Part shown: positions 39,771 through 54,352 of the stretch, one piece after another
Numbering within the stretch: position 1 is the first letter of the stretch
How the letters are laid out: each line of letters begins with the position of its first letter
Assembly: GCF_006345805.1 (NCBI RefSeq)
Contig: NC_043008.1
Location: forward strand, 2,728,001 to 2,792,000
DNA: 64,000 bases
Source: Octopus sinensis
Taxonomy: Eukaryota
Direction: 5' to 3'
Program-made: the position numbers and the translations under genes
The notes under the pieces: model-generated
The model's database searches: none
What the model was told of the DNA's origin: nothing
Seen by the model: the letters and a program-made list of their open reading frames with translations, nothing else

Positions 39771-42700
39771 GTAGGGTTCATACTACGGAGATGAATATAT
39801 AACAGCAGATACGTCACAAAAATTTATTTGATATTGCCCTCCTTTATTTTCTCCATCCTTATTAGTTGAAGCTGAACCCATCCATATCCCGCTTTTGTCT
39901 TCAAACAGGATTTGTAAATTTTTTGATAATTTCTTGAATGTCGGAATAACATTTTATTATTAAAATTCTACAGAATCTTCATTATTAACTTTTTTGAAAA
40001 TTGTGAATATATAATGATAAGAAACAAACAATCACATACTATGGTAATTAGAAATTAAATAAATTTGATATATGATACTATGGAATACGTAGACAAACTG
40101 AGGGTAATGCAACGCTAGCTGATGCAGTCATCCTTACATTTTACAATCTTTCAGAAATACCATGTTCTTCGATTCAAAGAGTACCCACTTAAAATAATAC
40201 CCATGAATTTGATGAAAATGTCGATAAATTCCCTTTCATTTTATATTATAAATTTTCTGTGAAAATACGCATTGTGTTATATTCAACAGATATACACACA
40301 TTCAAAAATGTCTGGACGTTTCCTGAATCAAACGGAAATCGTATTAAACCATTACAACTGTCGCAAATTGACGATAACCATGAAGGAACGGTACTTTGTG
40401 GTATGACGTCACTTTACATAGCTAATAATAGCATTGAAATTGTAGTTTTTCGCCTGAAATTGCGAACGACACATTTGATAAGGGATATATAAGAAAATAA
40501 GTTTGTGACAACAGCGCGAAAGTCAATGAAATACCGACATACATTATGGTGAGATACATGCATCCGTGCAAAGTGTCGCAGCGATAACCAGCTTGCCGAG
40601 AATCTGCCTAGGGTTAAAATAGTAGCAACATTCAACAGCCACTTTGATGTGGCGGCTGACTTTAATATATATATAATAACCGCTCTACATGTCTGGTTGT
40701 CACCAACTATAACTGCTTACTGATGTAGGTATATATGTCATCAGTTATAAGCATTAGGTTTGGCTGTGTTTTGACAGGTTAAGTGTTATGACCGTTCATG
40801 TTGATATGAGTATAATTATAGATACGCCGCTATGTCTTAATGAACCAGTTACGAGAAGGTGTCTGGAGGTGTATGCAGAACGCATATATGTAATATACAC
40901 TCTTAGTCGCGTTCAGCATGTGTGTACGGTCATATGGCAGTTTAAATAGGATAAGAAAGCGTTTTTGAACGCAAGATCAAAATATATGTAAAAGTAAATT
41001 TAAGAAGTCGTGGTTATTCTGAAAATGTCATCTAGTTACATCATACTGGGTTGACTGTATTTTCTCGAGTTAACAAAGCCGTGAGAATATCTCCATAGGG
41101 GTGAACGCAAATTAATCTTAAACTAATTCATTTTTCCCTTAACATACGATGAAAGTTTGTACACATTATACAAAAGAGAAAAACGGACTGAATTTCAGAC
41201 CAAAGTAGCAGAAATATAAACAGCGGATTCATTACGACGTAATCATGATAGAAAAGATGTAGTGCGTATTATACATGAAGGGCGTTTACAACATATGGCT
41301 ACCAGGCGTCATCCACGATGCCGTGCGTTCGTGTTGCATATACGTCCGGAATTTCAAGGTGCACATAGAGTATATATTGAAAGACTGATACGGACGACAA
41401 AGTGTGTGTAGACGCATTTGTTATCAAAACCATCGTTTCAGTATCATCTTCGGCTTCAACTTGAACTCACACACTAGCGTATATATTACCTCACAACCCC
41501 TAGAAAACAATGAGGCATACAGCACTATTGTACACAATCTACCTATGAACACAAGTGAACAAAAAGCATCACAAATTGCTGAATAGACGTCTAACAAATG
41601 CGAAGCTTTACACAACAACCACAAAACCAACGGTTCAAAAATGGAACATGCCTCTACTCACTGGAAGGCTGACAATTCCTATTCCAGCAAGGAGAAAAGT
41701 GCACAATTAAGACCGACTTCACTTGTGCAAGGCAGAGAGAGGATCACAATTAAAACCAACTTCACTTTGTAATTTGAGCTTTGTAATTTATGTTATAACC
41801 GCTTCAGGCGGTGGACATATCTATATACGACAGACAAGTATGATACTGTGACGGATAACCACACTATATATATCCCACAATACATACATATTCCTTTGAG
41901 TAAACACATAGAGAGATGTGTAGGTAATATCCAACCAAATATCACAATTTTGTCCATCTACCAGTGCAAAGAAGCAATTTCTGTACCAGAACGTTTAAAT
42001 AAAGAATAGTTGTTCATCGAAAACCGTAGAACCCGTCTCAATTTTAACGCAAAAACAGCTTTGTTCTCGGTATATATTTTAATTCATGATAACATACCCC
42101 TCACTGTGCATATACCATCTTACTACATTAGCACTTGAGTTTTGGTATATATATATCTATGTCCTCCCCGAAAGATGAGCAAATACCTTCCCTGTCCCCA
42201 ATAATAACGATCACAAATTACCTGCCTTAGATAATTTCTACTTGTTGAATCATGAATCCACAAACTTCTCCACACACAGTATTGACTAAAATCTTTCTTA
42301 AGATTTTAAAATGTCATGGTGAACGAGAGCAAAACCGGTCGACAAACAATACTCTTTCACTCATAAAATATACTTAAAAAACTATATTCAAACTATGTAA
42401 ACTGAGTGCATTTTCCTTCTTTTATTTCATATTTTATGTTGCATTACAACACACCACGTGGGGATAATCGAAATTTTGCTCCTCCCCTTTTGATACTACA
42501 CATGTGTGGGTGTTTGAGTGTGTGGGCATGTGTTCGCCTATGTGCACGGATATGTGTGTGCGCGTATATGTTTGTATTTATGTATGTATGTCTGCATGCA
42601 TGTATATGTATGTGTGTGCGTTTAATGTTTCTATGTATGTAGATGGAATGATTAATATTTCTCTCATAATGTATCTACACCGTTTGTGCAAGAATGGTTT

Positions 42701-42844
42701 TTCACATGTTCCTCAAAGGAGCGTATACGAAAATAAAGCAAATTACTCTAAACTTTTACATTAATTTTCTAAATTAATATAAAAGACAAAGTGCATAGCA
42801 ATATAGAAAGAACATGACATTTGGCTATATAAGATTCATCAAAG

Positions 42845-43150
42845 ATATTCTTGTAGAATGGACATCCTGCTCATTAGAAATTAGTGTCCATAACTTCTTT
42901 TTCTGGCGTATGTTGAAGAAATTGTACTCAACTGAAATCACAGATATGAATCAACTGGAGGAACACATCATGGTTGAATATGCTCATATTGATTGAAATG
43001 TGGAGTTGGGGTGTATCTCGCCAAGTCCATCGAAATTTCTATGAACTATAATCAAATCTATGCTGAAAAGGCTATTCATAAATGGAGGTGACTATTGCTG
43101 AAGATACGTATTTTCGCCTGTGTATCCACACTTGTGGGTCACATTTTAAA
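42845..43150 (+). mobile_element. Tc1/mariner transposase C-terminal relic
   Basis: VEWTSCSLEISVHNFFFWRMLKKLYSTEITDMNQLEEHI (EWPPRSPDL...FFFWG.LK pattern), then RLCIHTCGSHFK. Confidence 0.65.
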
Positions 43151-44254
43151 GGCGATGGCGAAAACGCCTACCGTGCCTATGATTATTTTTTAGCTGTGAA
43201 AGATTGTATAGGGTCATGTATAAATTTATGGTTTCTTTACAAGGACAGAGAGAAAAAAAGCACAGCCGATTTTTCTGAGATTTACTAATATACATGATAT
43301 TATATTGAACAAAGAACAGAAGGAGTCATCTACCGACAGAATACGATATTGCATGCCAGAGAACGACATACTTACATACAGCCAGAAATTAACTCGTGAC
43401 TGTATGTCTACTCATCTGTATATGTGTACAGAAGTTTTCAATATGTTCTGGTATGTGTGTGTGTGTGTGTGTGAATGCGTGTTTGTCAGTGAGTGTGTGT
43501 GTTTGTGTGTTCGTGTGTGTGTGCCCGCGCCTATAAGTATATACACATATTATTACATGAATACATACATTGTATGTATTCGGCTTTGTGTTAAAATTCT
43601 AAGAATTTTCTGGAGCTAAGATTAAGGCCCACAAATCCTGTCTTATAATTCGAGCGTCTCTTTATTCATTTTATGTACAGTGAAACCTCATTTTAAATGA
43701 TAATCAAGATCTTTAATGCTATATGTTATTAAGATTAGGTGTCCATTGCGATGTGCATAGCATTTGATGCACAGCTGGTGCATGTCTACACAGTTACTTA
43801 AGGTTCGACTGCAAAATAACATTCATTAATAAAACATATATTCTAATTTCATGATGTTTATGTGAACCGAGGTTTTGCCATAGAAAAAGGTTACTGACTT
43901 CCACTGAGCGTGGAATTAAATGGAGATTAAAATAATGTTCACAAAACGTGATCATCTTTTACTTATCTAGAAAATATCAGCACGAATATTCTGTTATTAA
44001 CAGAGATTATATACAGCTGGTATTCCGGCAGAAGTCTTGGAATCAAATATCCATTAATTGATACTTTAACATGTCAAAAAAAGAAGCTGTAATATAAACG
44101 CCGTAATATAAACGCAAACATGATTGTGGACACGTGACGTTCGATTCGTAACCACGACCCACTTTATGTATCTTCTACGATGCAATTTGCATTGACCAAT
44201 ATATTGTAAATATAAGAACGATACCTGGCATAAATACATACATATAGACAGACA

Positions 44255-44275
44255 CAGAGACAGACAGACAGACAT

Positions 44276-44333
<58 letters not shown>

Positions 44334-44345
44334 GGATAGATAGAT

Positions 44346-44390
<45 letters not shown>

Positions 44391-44394
44391 ATAT

Positions 44395-44480
<86 letters not shown>

Positions 44481-44493
44481 CATAGATAGATAC

Positions 44494-44558
<65 letters not shown>

Positions 44559-44568
44559 GAGATAGATA
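44255..44568. repeat. (GATA)n/(TA)n/(GA)n compound microsatellite
   Basis: Seen directly. Confidence 0.97.
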
Positions 44569-46039
44569 CGTGTATGAAGCAGTGTACGCGAAGACATACA
44601 CGTTTGAATCAGTTTTTAAATTTATTTAGGGTTGGAAAGTAAACGCAACCAGTCGCGGAAGGGGAGATGTTTAAGACATATTCAATGACTGAAAACACGT
44701 TGTTGTGAAAGTGACCCTGTTCTAATTAATTGCGAAAACTATCGAATTTAGTAACAGATTTTCTCGCAGTAGTGTTAAAAGGCAGAAAATAGTACTACAT
44801 AGTTGTATATTGAATCTTAACAGAAATACATTGGAAAATGTAAAAATTCGAAACTATATTCATATCAATATAAAGATGATTTAACATCAGTAAGTGTCCT
44901 ACGACTGATTACGAACATTGCTTCATATATGAGATGAAGTTTTCACCGTCGTTTCGGTAACACTTTGCCGATATACATATTTCAAGTACTTTCATTTGAA
45001 TTTTCTCGAATGAAACGCGTTTAAATGTCAAGATTTATTGATTGGACTGACTGCTGCTAATTCACTTTGGATCTCGAATTCTGCCAGATCCGGATTGCGG
45101 GTTAAAAGCAATATTTCGATACATTTCCTAACATTTATTTATATTCTAGTAATGATAATACTTAGTGCTTGATAGAGGAAAATCTTTTCAGTTGCTTAAA
45201 GTTATCAGTTCTCTTTCCGAATCTGAGCATGACTTGGCTGTAATATACTTTTATAACTACTTACTAATGTACTGCATTTAAGTGATAATAAATTATATGG
45301 TTATTAAGAATAATCAAAAATTACAAATGTTTGGCAAAGTTTTGCATCAGCTTAGATGCTGTATATCTTTTAATAAGTTAGAAATATGTTGACAACATAT
45401 ATATAGGAAGTTATCGAAAACTTCTGTTGTAAACTTTAAATATTGTGAAGTATTTATATAAAATATGATTCTTCAATGCACAAATTTCGAGTTATAATAT
45501 TTTGCAGGCACATTGCGTAGAAATATGCTTTTTATGGTAGCTCTTCGGCATTTAAAACTTTTATTGAATATTCTCATTGAAATAGCTTTAAATACTCAAA
45601 TGAGTATTTAATTCAGAATATATAGTTAGGTTCACGAGTTGTAGATGTTGCCGTAGAAGTGTGGTATTTGCTTCTTTTTTCTTTAGTTGGTTTTGTTCTG
45701 AAGTCAATTATCACTGATTTCAAACAGAATGTTCAAAACATATATTCCAGCAGTGGCCATCCTATTTTTTATTCAAAGAGAAAATTGTCTTACACATCGC
45801 ATTCTGTAAACACTAATTAGCGTGATGTGATTAATTACAGACTTTCAACAGAGAAACATTAACTAAATGTTTGTTTGTTTCTTTTTTCTAAGAGCGAATT
45901 GCACAGGAGAATAATTTCGCGCATAATTCAGACGGCACCTGGTAGGATATGACGTTACATTCTCCGTTTTTCCCGCCATTGTATGCAACATTCACTAATT
46001 TAATTAGATAAAAGCTGAATAAGCCTGCAGTTTTAAGAC

Positions 46040-47475
46040 GCCAATGTGCAAGATAGAGAACCACTTCATAAGCTCTCAAATACAATCCAAAATAGAAAAC
46101 AAATTAAAATTGGAAGCTATGTAACAAAGAAAATTATACAAGAACTAAAACCAGATCTCACTGAATTAAATGACATTATTTATGCAGCTGCTAAGACAAT
46201 TGAAAGTAGTTGTATGCATCTGAAAAAACAAAGAAATACAAACCTGAGAAGAATTCAAAACTGGAAAAGTAAAATTTAAAAGGAGAGTGAAATAATGAGA
46301 GATGAAATATCAATATTGAATAAACTAATGTGTGGAAACGATGTAAGAACGAGAAAAGGAAGAAAGATGAAGGGAATATATAGATCCTCTCCAAGAGGAG
46401 AACCGGTTTTAGCAAAAGAAAACCTGCAACAAAATGTCCAATCAAAAGCTTAACGAATACGAAAATTTAAGATAAACAAATTTTACAAGCAAACTAAGCT
46501 ATTCACATCCAATGCGAAAACATTCTACAGAGAAACAGAGAGGGAAAGAAATAACCGTTGAATACCGACACCCATCACCACCACCACTTGCCATGGAAAC
46601 ATTTCTGGAAAACTTTCTGGAAAACTTTCTGGAGTGATGAAAAGACATAAAATGGAAATGCATAGTGGATAAGACGCACAGAAGGTTCTTACCAACACTT
46701 ACCAGAATGAGCCTGGGAAGACCTAAGGATGTCATTCACGAAGTATCGTAAGTGGAAATATTCTGGTATTGATAGGGTGCCAAATTTCTTGCTCGCTTCG
46801 CTCCCGTTTGCACACGAAAAGTTAGTCCACTTATTCAATGAAATTATGAGAGATACTACGAAAACACCCGATTGGTTACCGAGAGGTATTACTTACCTAC
46901 TCCCGAAGAATAATGAAACCAAATATATCTGAAACTACCGGACCACAGCATGTTTATCTACCATGTATAAAAAAAATTAATATCCATCGACGTAGAGAAA
47001 ACAGAGAAATATATGAAACAGAACGATATTTTCCCCACTCAACAAAATAGGTGCCGCCGAGGCTGATATGAATGCAAAGACCAACTCTTAATCAATCGCA
47101 TGATCCTTACGAACTGTAATAACAAACAGAGAAATCTCAGTTCTGCAGGGCTTGATTATATAAAGAGCTCCAACAGCCTACCGCATTCATGGATCTTGAA
47201 ATCACTGGATAACTTCAAAATTTTTCTTCTGATTTCAAACTTCCTGAATCACACAACGTGTTAATGTGGAATACGAATCTCCAATTATACCTCTCAAATG
47301 GAGTACTGGCCACAGAAAATATTAATATCAACTGCGGCATTTTCCAAGGTGAACAATTTCACCCTTAATTTCCTGTATAGCTCTAATACCCTTTAGACAT
47401 CAACTTAACAGAATAGCGAATGGATATAAAATTGGTGACAGGAAAATAAGTCGTCTATTTAGTATATATAATTTA
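46040..47475 (+). mobile_element. Decayed R4/Dong-type non-LTR retrotransposon (N-terminal region and RT up to the YMDD-equivalent motif)
   Basis: LTELNDIIYAAAKTI, KLFTSNAKTFYRE, KWKYSGIDRVPNF, PDWLPRGITYLLPK, NYRTTACLSTMYK, QNRCRRG*YECKDQLLIN, LDYIKSSNSLPHSWILKSL, INCGIFQGE, ISRLF; many stops and frameshifts. Confidence 0.92.
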
Positions 47476-50175
47476 TTTATGTGCAGCACAGATTTTAGCG
47501 ACGAAAATATTTTGACAAATTAAACTGAAATGTTGAAGTGACTCGAACGGCTTTTGTGTGTTTCTTAAATGGCTTACAAACACCTTCCACGCTGCAATTT
47601 ATATATATATATACATATATATATATGTATGGATATATACGTATATACGTATAGAAATTTATCTGTGGATATACACAGATACATTTCTATTTTTGTGTCT
47701 GTATGTCTGTACATATTTGCATGCTCTTATTCTCAATTTTTCTTCTCTCCGATTTCACAATTCATTGCTAAGGCGATAATTTGCATAAATATTTACGGGA
47801 GCAGTTGTCATTGGTATCCTTGTAAGATTGTTGTTTTTAAACTGTATTGTATCGAAGGCAATCGGATATTTTCACCATGAAATATACCGTACGTGTAGCC
47901 ATAAAACAGTGTTTAAATGTCTAATTAATGTTATTGCTTTCTAGTAATTTAGTCAACTTTATAACATTAACATACCGCATTTTAATGCCCTATTTGACAT
48001 GTTATCTGTCGACATACATCACATGTTCTCGTTTTCAGAACATGCAAAATCTCTGATGATTTTAATCTAATTTATTTCAAAATTTTGATTCTTCTATCGC
48101 ATTTTTCACAGCTTCCGTACCCAACAAATGTTTCTCACCATCTTATTCCAGATGTATGAAATAAAGAATGTAGTCTGTATCAAACACGTTGTAAAGCATG
48201 GCAGACACAGAGCTACAACTTTCCTAGAAATTAATAATACAAACAAACTGAGCATTTCAACTTGTACTCGTCTATGTTGAAAAAGCAAGGAACATTTAGA
48301 CAATGCAGTACTGAGTATCGTAGGGAATGAAAAGCACAGATGTTCTGAGATGAAGCATGCTTTTGATCAGAAGATAGAGGTGACTTGTGTGTAAGTTTCA
48401 ACTAATGTAGCATGCTAATAACTAAGCCAGAATTGATGAGGTATGCAATAATATTTAAGTGAAGAACGGACATACAAAAATATACATTTTATTAGATGTC
48501 ATAGAAGTGGAAGTACAAAACATTTAATTTCCTTGACCTTCAGTAATAATTGGGTGTGAACTTTGAACTTTGGCTCCAATGTTTAAAACGGAAATGACAC
48601 CTTTAGATTATTCAAATGGCCAGGTGGTACTATTACAATACTGTGATAAGTTATACGTAACATTTTGCAGCGGCAACAGCGCCACTATAGGCTACCATTG
48701 AAGCTTTGTATTCAGAATTCTATGCTATAAACTCTAAGACAATGCGGAACGGTATTCCTCCTATTACGACCTTATAAAAGATTCAACCATACTGGATCTC
48801 GAATAGCATTCTGCAATGTGAATTACCACTTTTTATTGAGAAAACTGTTGTGTCATTTGAAAAGGTCGCAGCAGCTATGTTTGTCATGACAAGTGACGAC
48901 TTAGGGCCTTCTTCATTAATAATAATGTAGAAACAAAAGAAGTATAAATAATAATAAAAATCAAGCCTAAAGAATTTAAACAATATATTTTCCTTGAATA
49001 ATTGTTTGTTCTTTAAGACGAATGGGATTCAATGATGCTTTGTGAAATTAGTGTTGTCGCATTTTATGCTGAGCTCATTAAAAAACGCATTAAAATTATT
49101 TATGTCAAAACGAAAAGACGCAATTGGCAATACATCTAACATCTCCTCAATCCTTTCATGAATTACAGATAAGAATACGACATTAATGTAAGCATGCACT
49201 TCGCCATCATCGGGGAAATATTGATGAAAAAGAAGGTGACAAAAATGTGAAGTAATGAACACATTTGTAACTAGATATGAAGCAAATCCATCATATTTTA
49301 GCGGATTAAACATACTGGATCTATACATTTTTTTGTGCATATTTAAATAGGACAGAACTCTAAGCAAGAAAACGAGGACAACTACAGCACAAACATGCAT
49401 ATAATTTATATTTCCTTGTAAGAAGATAATTATGTTATTGAATCAATAAACAGCCGTTATCTATCCTATTGCATATTAAGTGGATCCAACGCGTCAAATC
49501 CTTGTAACATACAGGATATTCATTCTCTTCACATTGACAAAAGCAGTTCCCAACTCTTGAATCATTCACACTCTGAAGGCCATTGTGTTAGTGTGCGTGC
49601 GTGCGTAACGTTTATGTTTTTATATCCTTATATGTATATGTCTACCGTGTATAACCGATTTAACATGAATATTAACTTTGTAACTTGAACTCACTGAAGC
49701 AGCTACGAAATCACATTTAAACCACATAGTATTGGTTTCAAATATTAAAAAAAAAGAATGCGTTACCGAGTGAATCTTTGCTGTGCACGAAATCGCAATT
49801 GAGATTGCCATGCATAATGCACGTTTGAATATATTTCCGTTTCATCAAGGGTGAATTATCGTTAAATAAAATTACTGTAAACACGTACAAACAAGTGATG
49901 ATCTGCCATATGGACCAGGTAGAAATTACAGTTTGGAAACACTTCAAAATAATGTTTACATGTAAATTGGATAATGTAGTTGTCTATACGCTGTCTGAAA
50001 TAGAGAGCAATGGCTGGAAATTATTTGTCAATATATGTGAATGCATGTTGTAACGATATCTATATGAATATATACATACGCACACGCTTACATACATACC
50101 TACACACATGAATATATGTACGTAGATATGTGTATGTATAAATATATTTGTATGTGTGTATAAATGTGTATATAT

Positions 50176-50245
<70 letters not shown>

Positions 50246-50956
50246 ATATATATATATATATATATATGTCTGAAGTATGAAATTATTATAGAGACATCAA
50301 GTCAAAGTCAACTTGGAAGAAAGTGGGGAAAACGACATTAAAAGACCAAAAAACGTTATTAAATAAAAATTATATAAAAGAGCTTAAGATATGTTTATGT
50401 AAAAGTACCTCAAAAATGGAATGCGGAGAACTAAAAACATGTGAAGAAGTTAAGTTGATTTTTCGCTATATGAGATGAATATAAAATAGGAAATTGAGTG
50501 TCTACAGTGGTTTTAACTTTGAATATTCCATGAGCAACACCGCTGCAGACGTTATTAGTGCGATGTGACTGGATATAAAATTGAAGTGTCATGATACGAT
50601 CAAAGAAGAGTAGAAAATTGATATTTATAACAGAACAGATCTTGACTCGTACATAGAATGAAACCGAAATTCAAATACATAATTTACCGACTGAAATAAA
50701 CAACAACGCACACACACTGATACACACATACACATACATGCCAAAGCACGTTCTCGCAAATGGAAATATAGAGAAAAAAACATACGCGCGTAATAAATGA
50801 AAACACGCACTCACAAAGATTGATACGCACACAACTTTTTATCAACCAGAAGCAATGCAACCTAAAACCAATGCTTTTATGCTTCTTAACAATTACACTC
50901 TTGATGCATACATGCACTTATATATATATATATATATGTGTATGTATGCATGTATG

Positions 50957-51008
<52 letters not shown>

Positions 51009-51030
51009 ATTATATATATATATATATATA

Positions 51031-51150
51031 TAAAATACAAAATGGGAAAAGAACGCAAAACATCCAGATAGACGATACAAAAAAACCAAGGACAGGTCAT
51101 TCGGAAATTTTCTTTCCTCAATCGAATTCCAGATTACCTTTGCAATTTCC
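51031..51150 (-). mobile_element. PLE-like terminal-repeat fragment next to (TA)n, with hammerhead-like remnant
   Basis: Minus strand (T)TGAGGA-aagaaaatttcc-GAAT-gacctgTC; directly abuts the (TA)n tract at 50919-51032. Confidence 0.4.
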
Positions 51151-52839
51151 AAATATTTGACAAAAGTATATCATGTCATCACAGTGTTGTGTTAGGCTAG
51201 TGATTCCAATATAGGACGGTGAATATGTCTCAGGAACGTTTTGTATTTGAATTGCACATAGAATCTTATCTCTGATGTGAAAGCTTCAGTTCCAGCAATT
51301 TTTTGGAACTTATATCATCCTTCGAATTCGTAAATTTCCACCGTTTCCTGGTGGTTTTTAAAACTTATAAAGAACAACAACAGCGACAAAAACATATCGC
51401 GAATAAAAGCAGCCAAAATAACTAGAATATGTAGATTATATCGTGTAAACGGGGATCGGTCATCATGATTATAATATGATTAATGATTGATTGTACATCT
51501 TAAGTTATATAAGTAAATTCATTACCTCATATACCTGAACGATTATTTAACGTTCACACCATTAGGTGATAATACAAGAACATTAGAATTAGGGCATAAA
51601 AGGCATGAAGAGATTAACTTACTTTCTGATAAATCTTGAAGAGTCAAAATAGTCAAAAAGAAATGTTGTTGACCTAGATTTCTGTAAAAAAAAATATGTC
51701 ATATTTGTATAATCCTTAATGTCAAACTAATTCGATCACTTCTGATTTGGGCAAAACGGAAATAACGATCTAACACCTGCAAATATAAAATTTATGCAGT
51801 TTTATATACTAAGAATTATTTATATTCTAACTTCGTTTCTGCGATTGATCTTATCTAAATTCTTCAATTTATATTGACACATCCTCTTTTTCTTAATCTA
51901 CCTTAATTAATTCTAATGCACGTTGAGTCTTTTCTAATACACACTCATTGACGTATCTGCATATTTGCTTTTACGCATTTTAGTAAGATACGCACTGTAG
52001 TTTCATCATTATTAAAAGCCATTCGACATTTTAAAACTACTAATGTACATTAATTTAAATATCATTCTGAATATATAGCATTCATATAATCTCGACTAGC
52101 GAAAATTAAATTGAATCGTTGTTGTAGATATATTTTTTTCTAATTTCTTTTATCTTTAGCATTTAATTCGTGAAGCATATTTTCATACAATTAATTTGCA
52201 AATGATATGTCACACTAAGATGCGATTAACTTATGCAGATTATATAAGACACTACTAATAGCTTCATAAAAACACTAGCTTTCAAAAATTTCTAACAACT
52301 TCTTCGGCGATGCTGGAGTGGTATACGCCCTAACGGCAACTACTATACACAAAATTTGATAAAACGTATACAAGAAGAATTTTCTCGTTTTCATATTTGC
52401 ACACTTCTAAGCAGTTTATAAAAGGTGGAAAGTTGTCTTTCTTTTCTTTTGTATCATAGTCTATTTGCATGACACCACTGATGGATTACCCACATGCTAA
52501 AATAAATATTAGCCCCAATTACCGACATTCAGAATCAAATGGAAAGATCAGAAATCCATATACCGCATGTACACACACACACATCCATCCATACAATCTG
52601 GATGGCATTCAATGAAACTAAGATACAATCGTCAGTTTTGCTTGAATAAAATTTCTGTGTTTACATGAGGATTGTATTATTTTGTTAAAGCTTTTAAACT
52701 TTTCTTAACCTATCAATGGATTAACTGAGGAAACGGATCACAGAGCTAATATATAATGACTGTCGGACACACCTGTAAGTCGAATTTACTAAAACAATAA
52801 TGTAACAACCATTATTTATACCTTGCCATCTATCTACTG

Positions 52840-52928
52840 TCTCTCTCTCTCCCCCTCTCTCTCTCTCTATATATATATATATATTTGTATGTATATGTGT
52901 ATATATATATGTATTATATGTATGTATG

Positions 52929-53015
<87 letters not shown>
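52840..53015. repeat. (CT)n/(TA)n microsatellite
   Basis: Seen directly. Confidence 0.95.
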
Positions 53016-53018
<3 letters not shown>

Positions 53019-53262
53019 ATGGAAAACATCTCGGATGAAGAACTGAGCAGAGCCACTGATTACTTGTGCAGTGGAAAAACACAGGGTTTGGACATTAGGG
53101 ATCATCAGATGTGCAAGAAGTGTTCTATTTAGCCACTTGGTGAAGCTACTATGTCAGTGCTTGGAGGAGAGAACAGTCGCGCAAGACATGATAGATTACA
53201 ACATTGCCAGCCTACATAAGAACAAAGAGGAAAGAGACAAGTGCAATGTTTACCAACATTTC
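53019..53262 (+). mobile_element. RTE (BovB-like) LINE fragment, RT N-terminal region
   Basis: [22 protein letters not shown] / [51 protein letters not shown] matches the RTE pattern GKAPG.D...VPQDMRDA.IV.LYKNKGDRSDCNNYR. Confidence 0.85.
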
Positions 53263-53380
53263 TAATATTCCCTATAATTTGCCTCTCTCTCACTATTCAA
53301 TGACACTTTTACTATTCCTCATGCTTCACCACTCTCTCACTCTTCAATGATGCATCTATTATGCTTTTAGTTTTTCTTAA

Positions 53381-54352
53381 TCTTAACTATTATGATAAAT
53401 GCGAAAGTGAATGTTAGTGTGTCGGTGTGTCACACTTTTCCAACTTTACTTATCCGAACCCCTCTCTCACTATTCAATGACTGTCTACTATTTCTCATCT
53501 TCACCCCTCTCTACCTCTTCAACCACTCTTCTACTTTTCTTAAATCTTTGTTTTTTATCTTAATTCTAACATTTTGAAAAAACTATTTCTCTAAATATTA
53601 TAAGTGTATCAAGTAACTTAACCATAAAGCGTGCTCCATAACGTTCAGAAAAGAAATACGTATTGAACTCATTCTCTCATACAATATTGCCTCTCACAAC
53701 TCTAAACTCTAAAAGTGTTAGAAGCTTAGTATTTGCCGGATCTATTTTCATGTCGGCGGCCGTCGGAAACTTAGCGCACTCCGACTGCGTGAAAATAGTT
53801 TCGACTAATTTTATTATTACCTTATTACTTTACAGTGAAATACGTTTACAGCAATTCCGAACCATAAAGTTCACACCTTCGAATAGTGTTTAGCGACAGT
53901 GGTGTGATTTTCCTTCAAACAACACACCGGAGTTTAGATAAGTACCAGTACCAACTACTGCAAAATAATTGCTTGTACGAAAGGTAGGCCCTACGTGCAT
54001 TAAATTGTCTTTAAATTAAGTAGCGGCAGAGAATTCCCGTTCAACTTTTATCAGCTTTATTGTTGCGTACGGCCTGCTATGTGTAGGGAATGGAAACAAC
54101 ATATTTGTACTGACACAGAATGGGAAGACAAAAATGTTGCTTACCATGGAGCATAACAATAAGTTCCAAGTCGACAAATTATATCCTTATATTGATGAAA
54201 ATTGTTCATAGCTTGAAAAATATTGGTCGGGTTTAATAAAATTTAATATTGTACTCAATACATGAAGCGTCATTGTTGAGCCCAAGGCCTAATGAAGACT
54301 TTTCCGCAGGAGCTACGTTAAAAGCCGCCCTATCGAGCGGCTTTTAAGCTAG
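53381..54352 (+). mobile_element. Non-autonomous Helitron with both termini and a helicase C-terminal relic
   Basis: 5' A|TCttaactattatgataaatgcgaaagtg; 3' hairpin ttaaaagccgc-cctatcga-gcggcttttaa, then CTAG|T (54349-54353). Internal QLY..VA...CVGNGNNIFVLTQNGKTK/NVAY matches the Pif1-type Helitron helicase terminus (QLYVA.SRV...GKTKN.VY). Confidence 0.88.

Noticed and set aside
46593-46634. 12-bp tandem repeat ggaaaactttct, about three copies
   Set aside because: Local slippage inside the dead R4/Dong element.
54318-54347. GC hairpin followed by T-run resembling a rho-independent terminator
   Set aside because: It is the Helitron 3' hairpin preceding CTAG.
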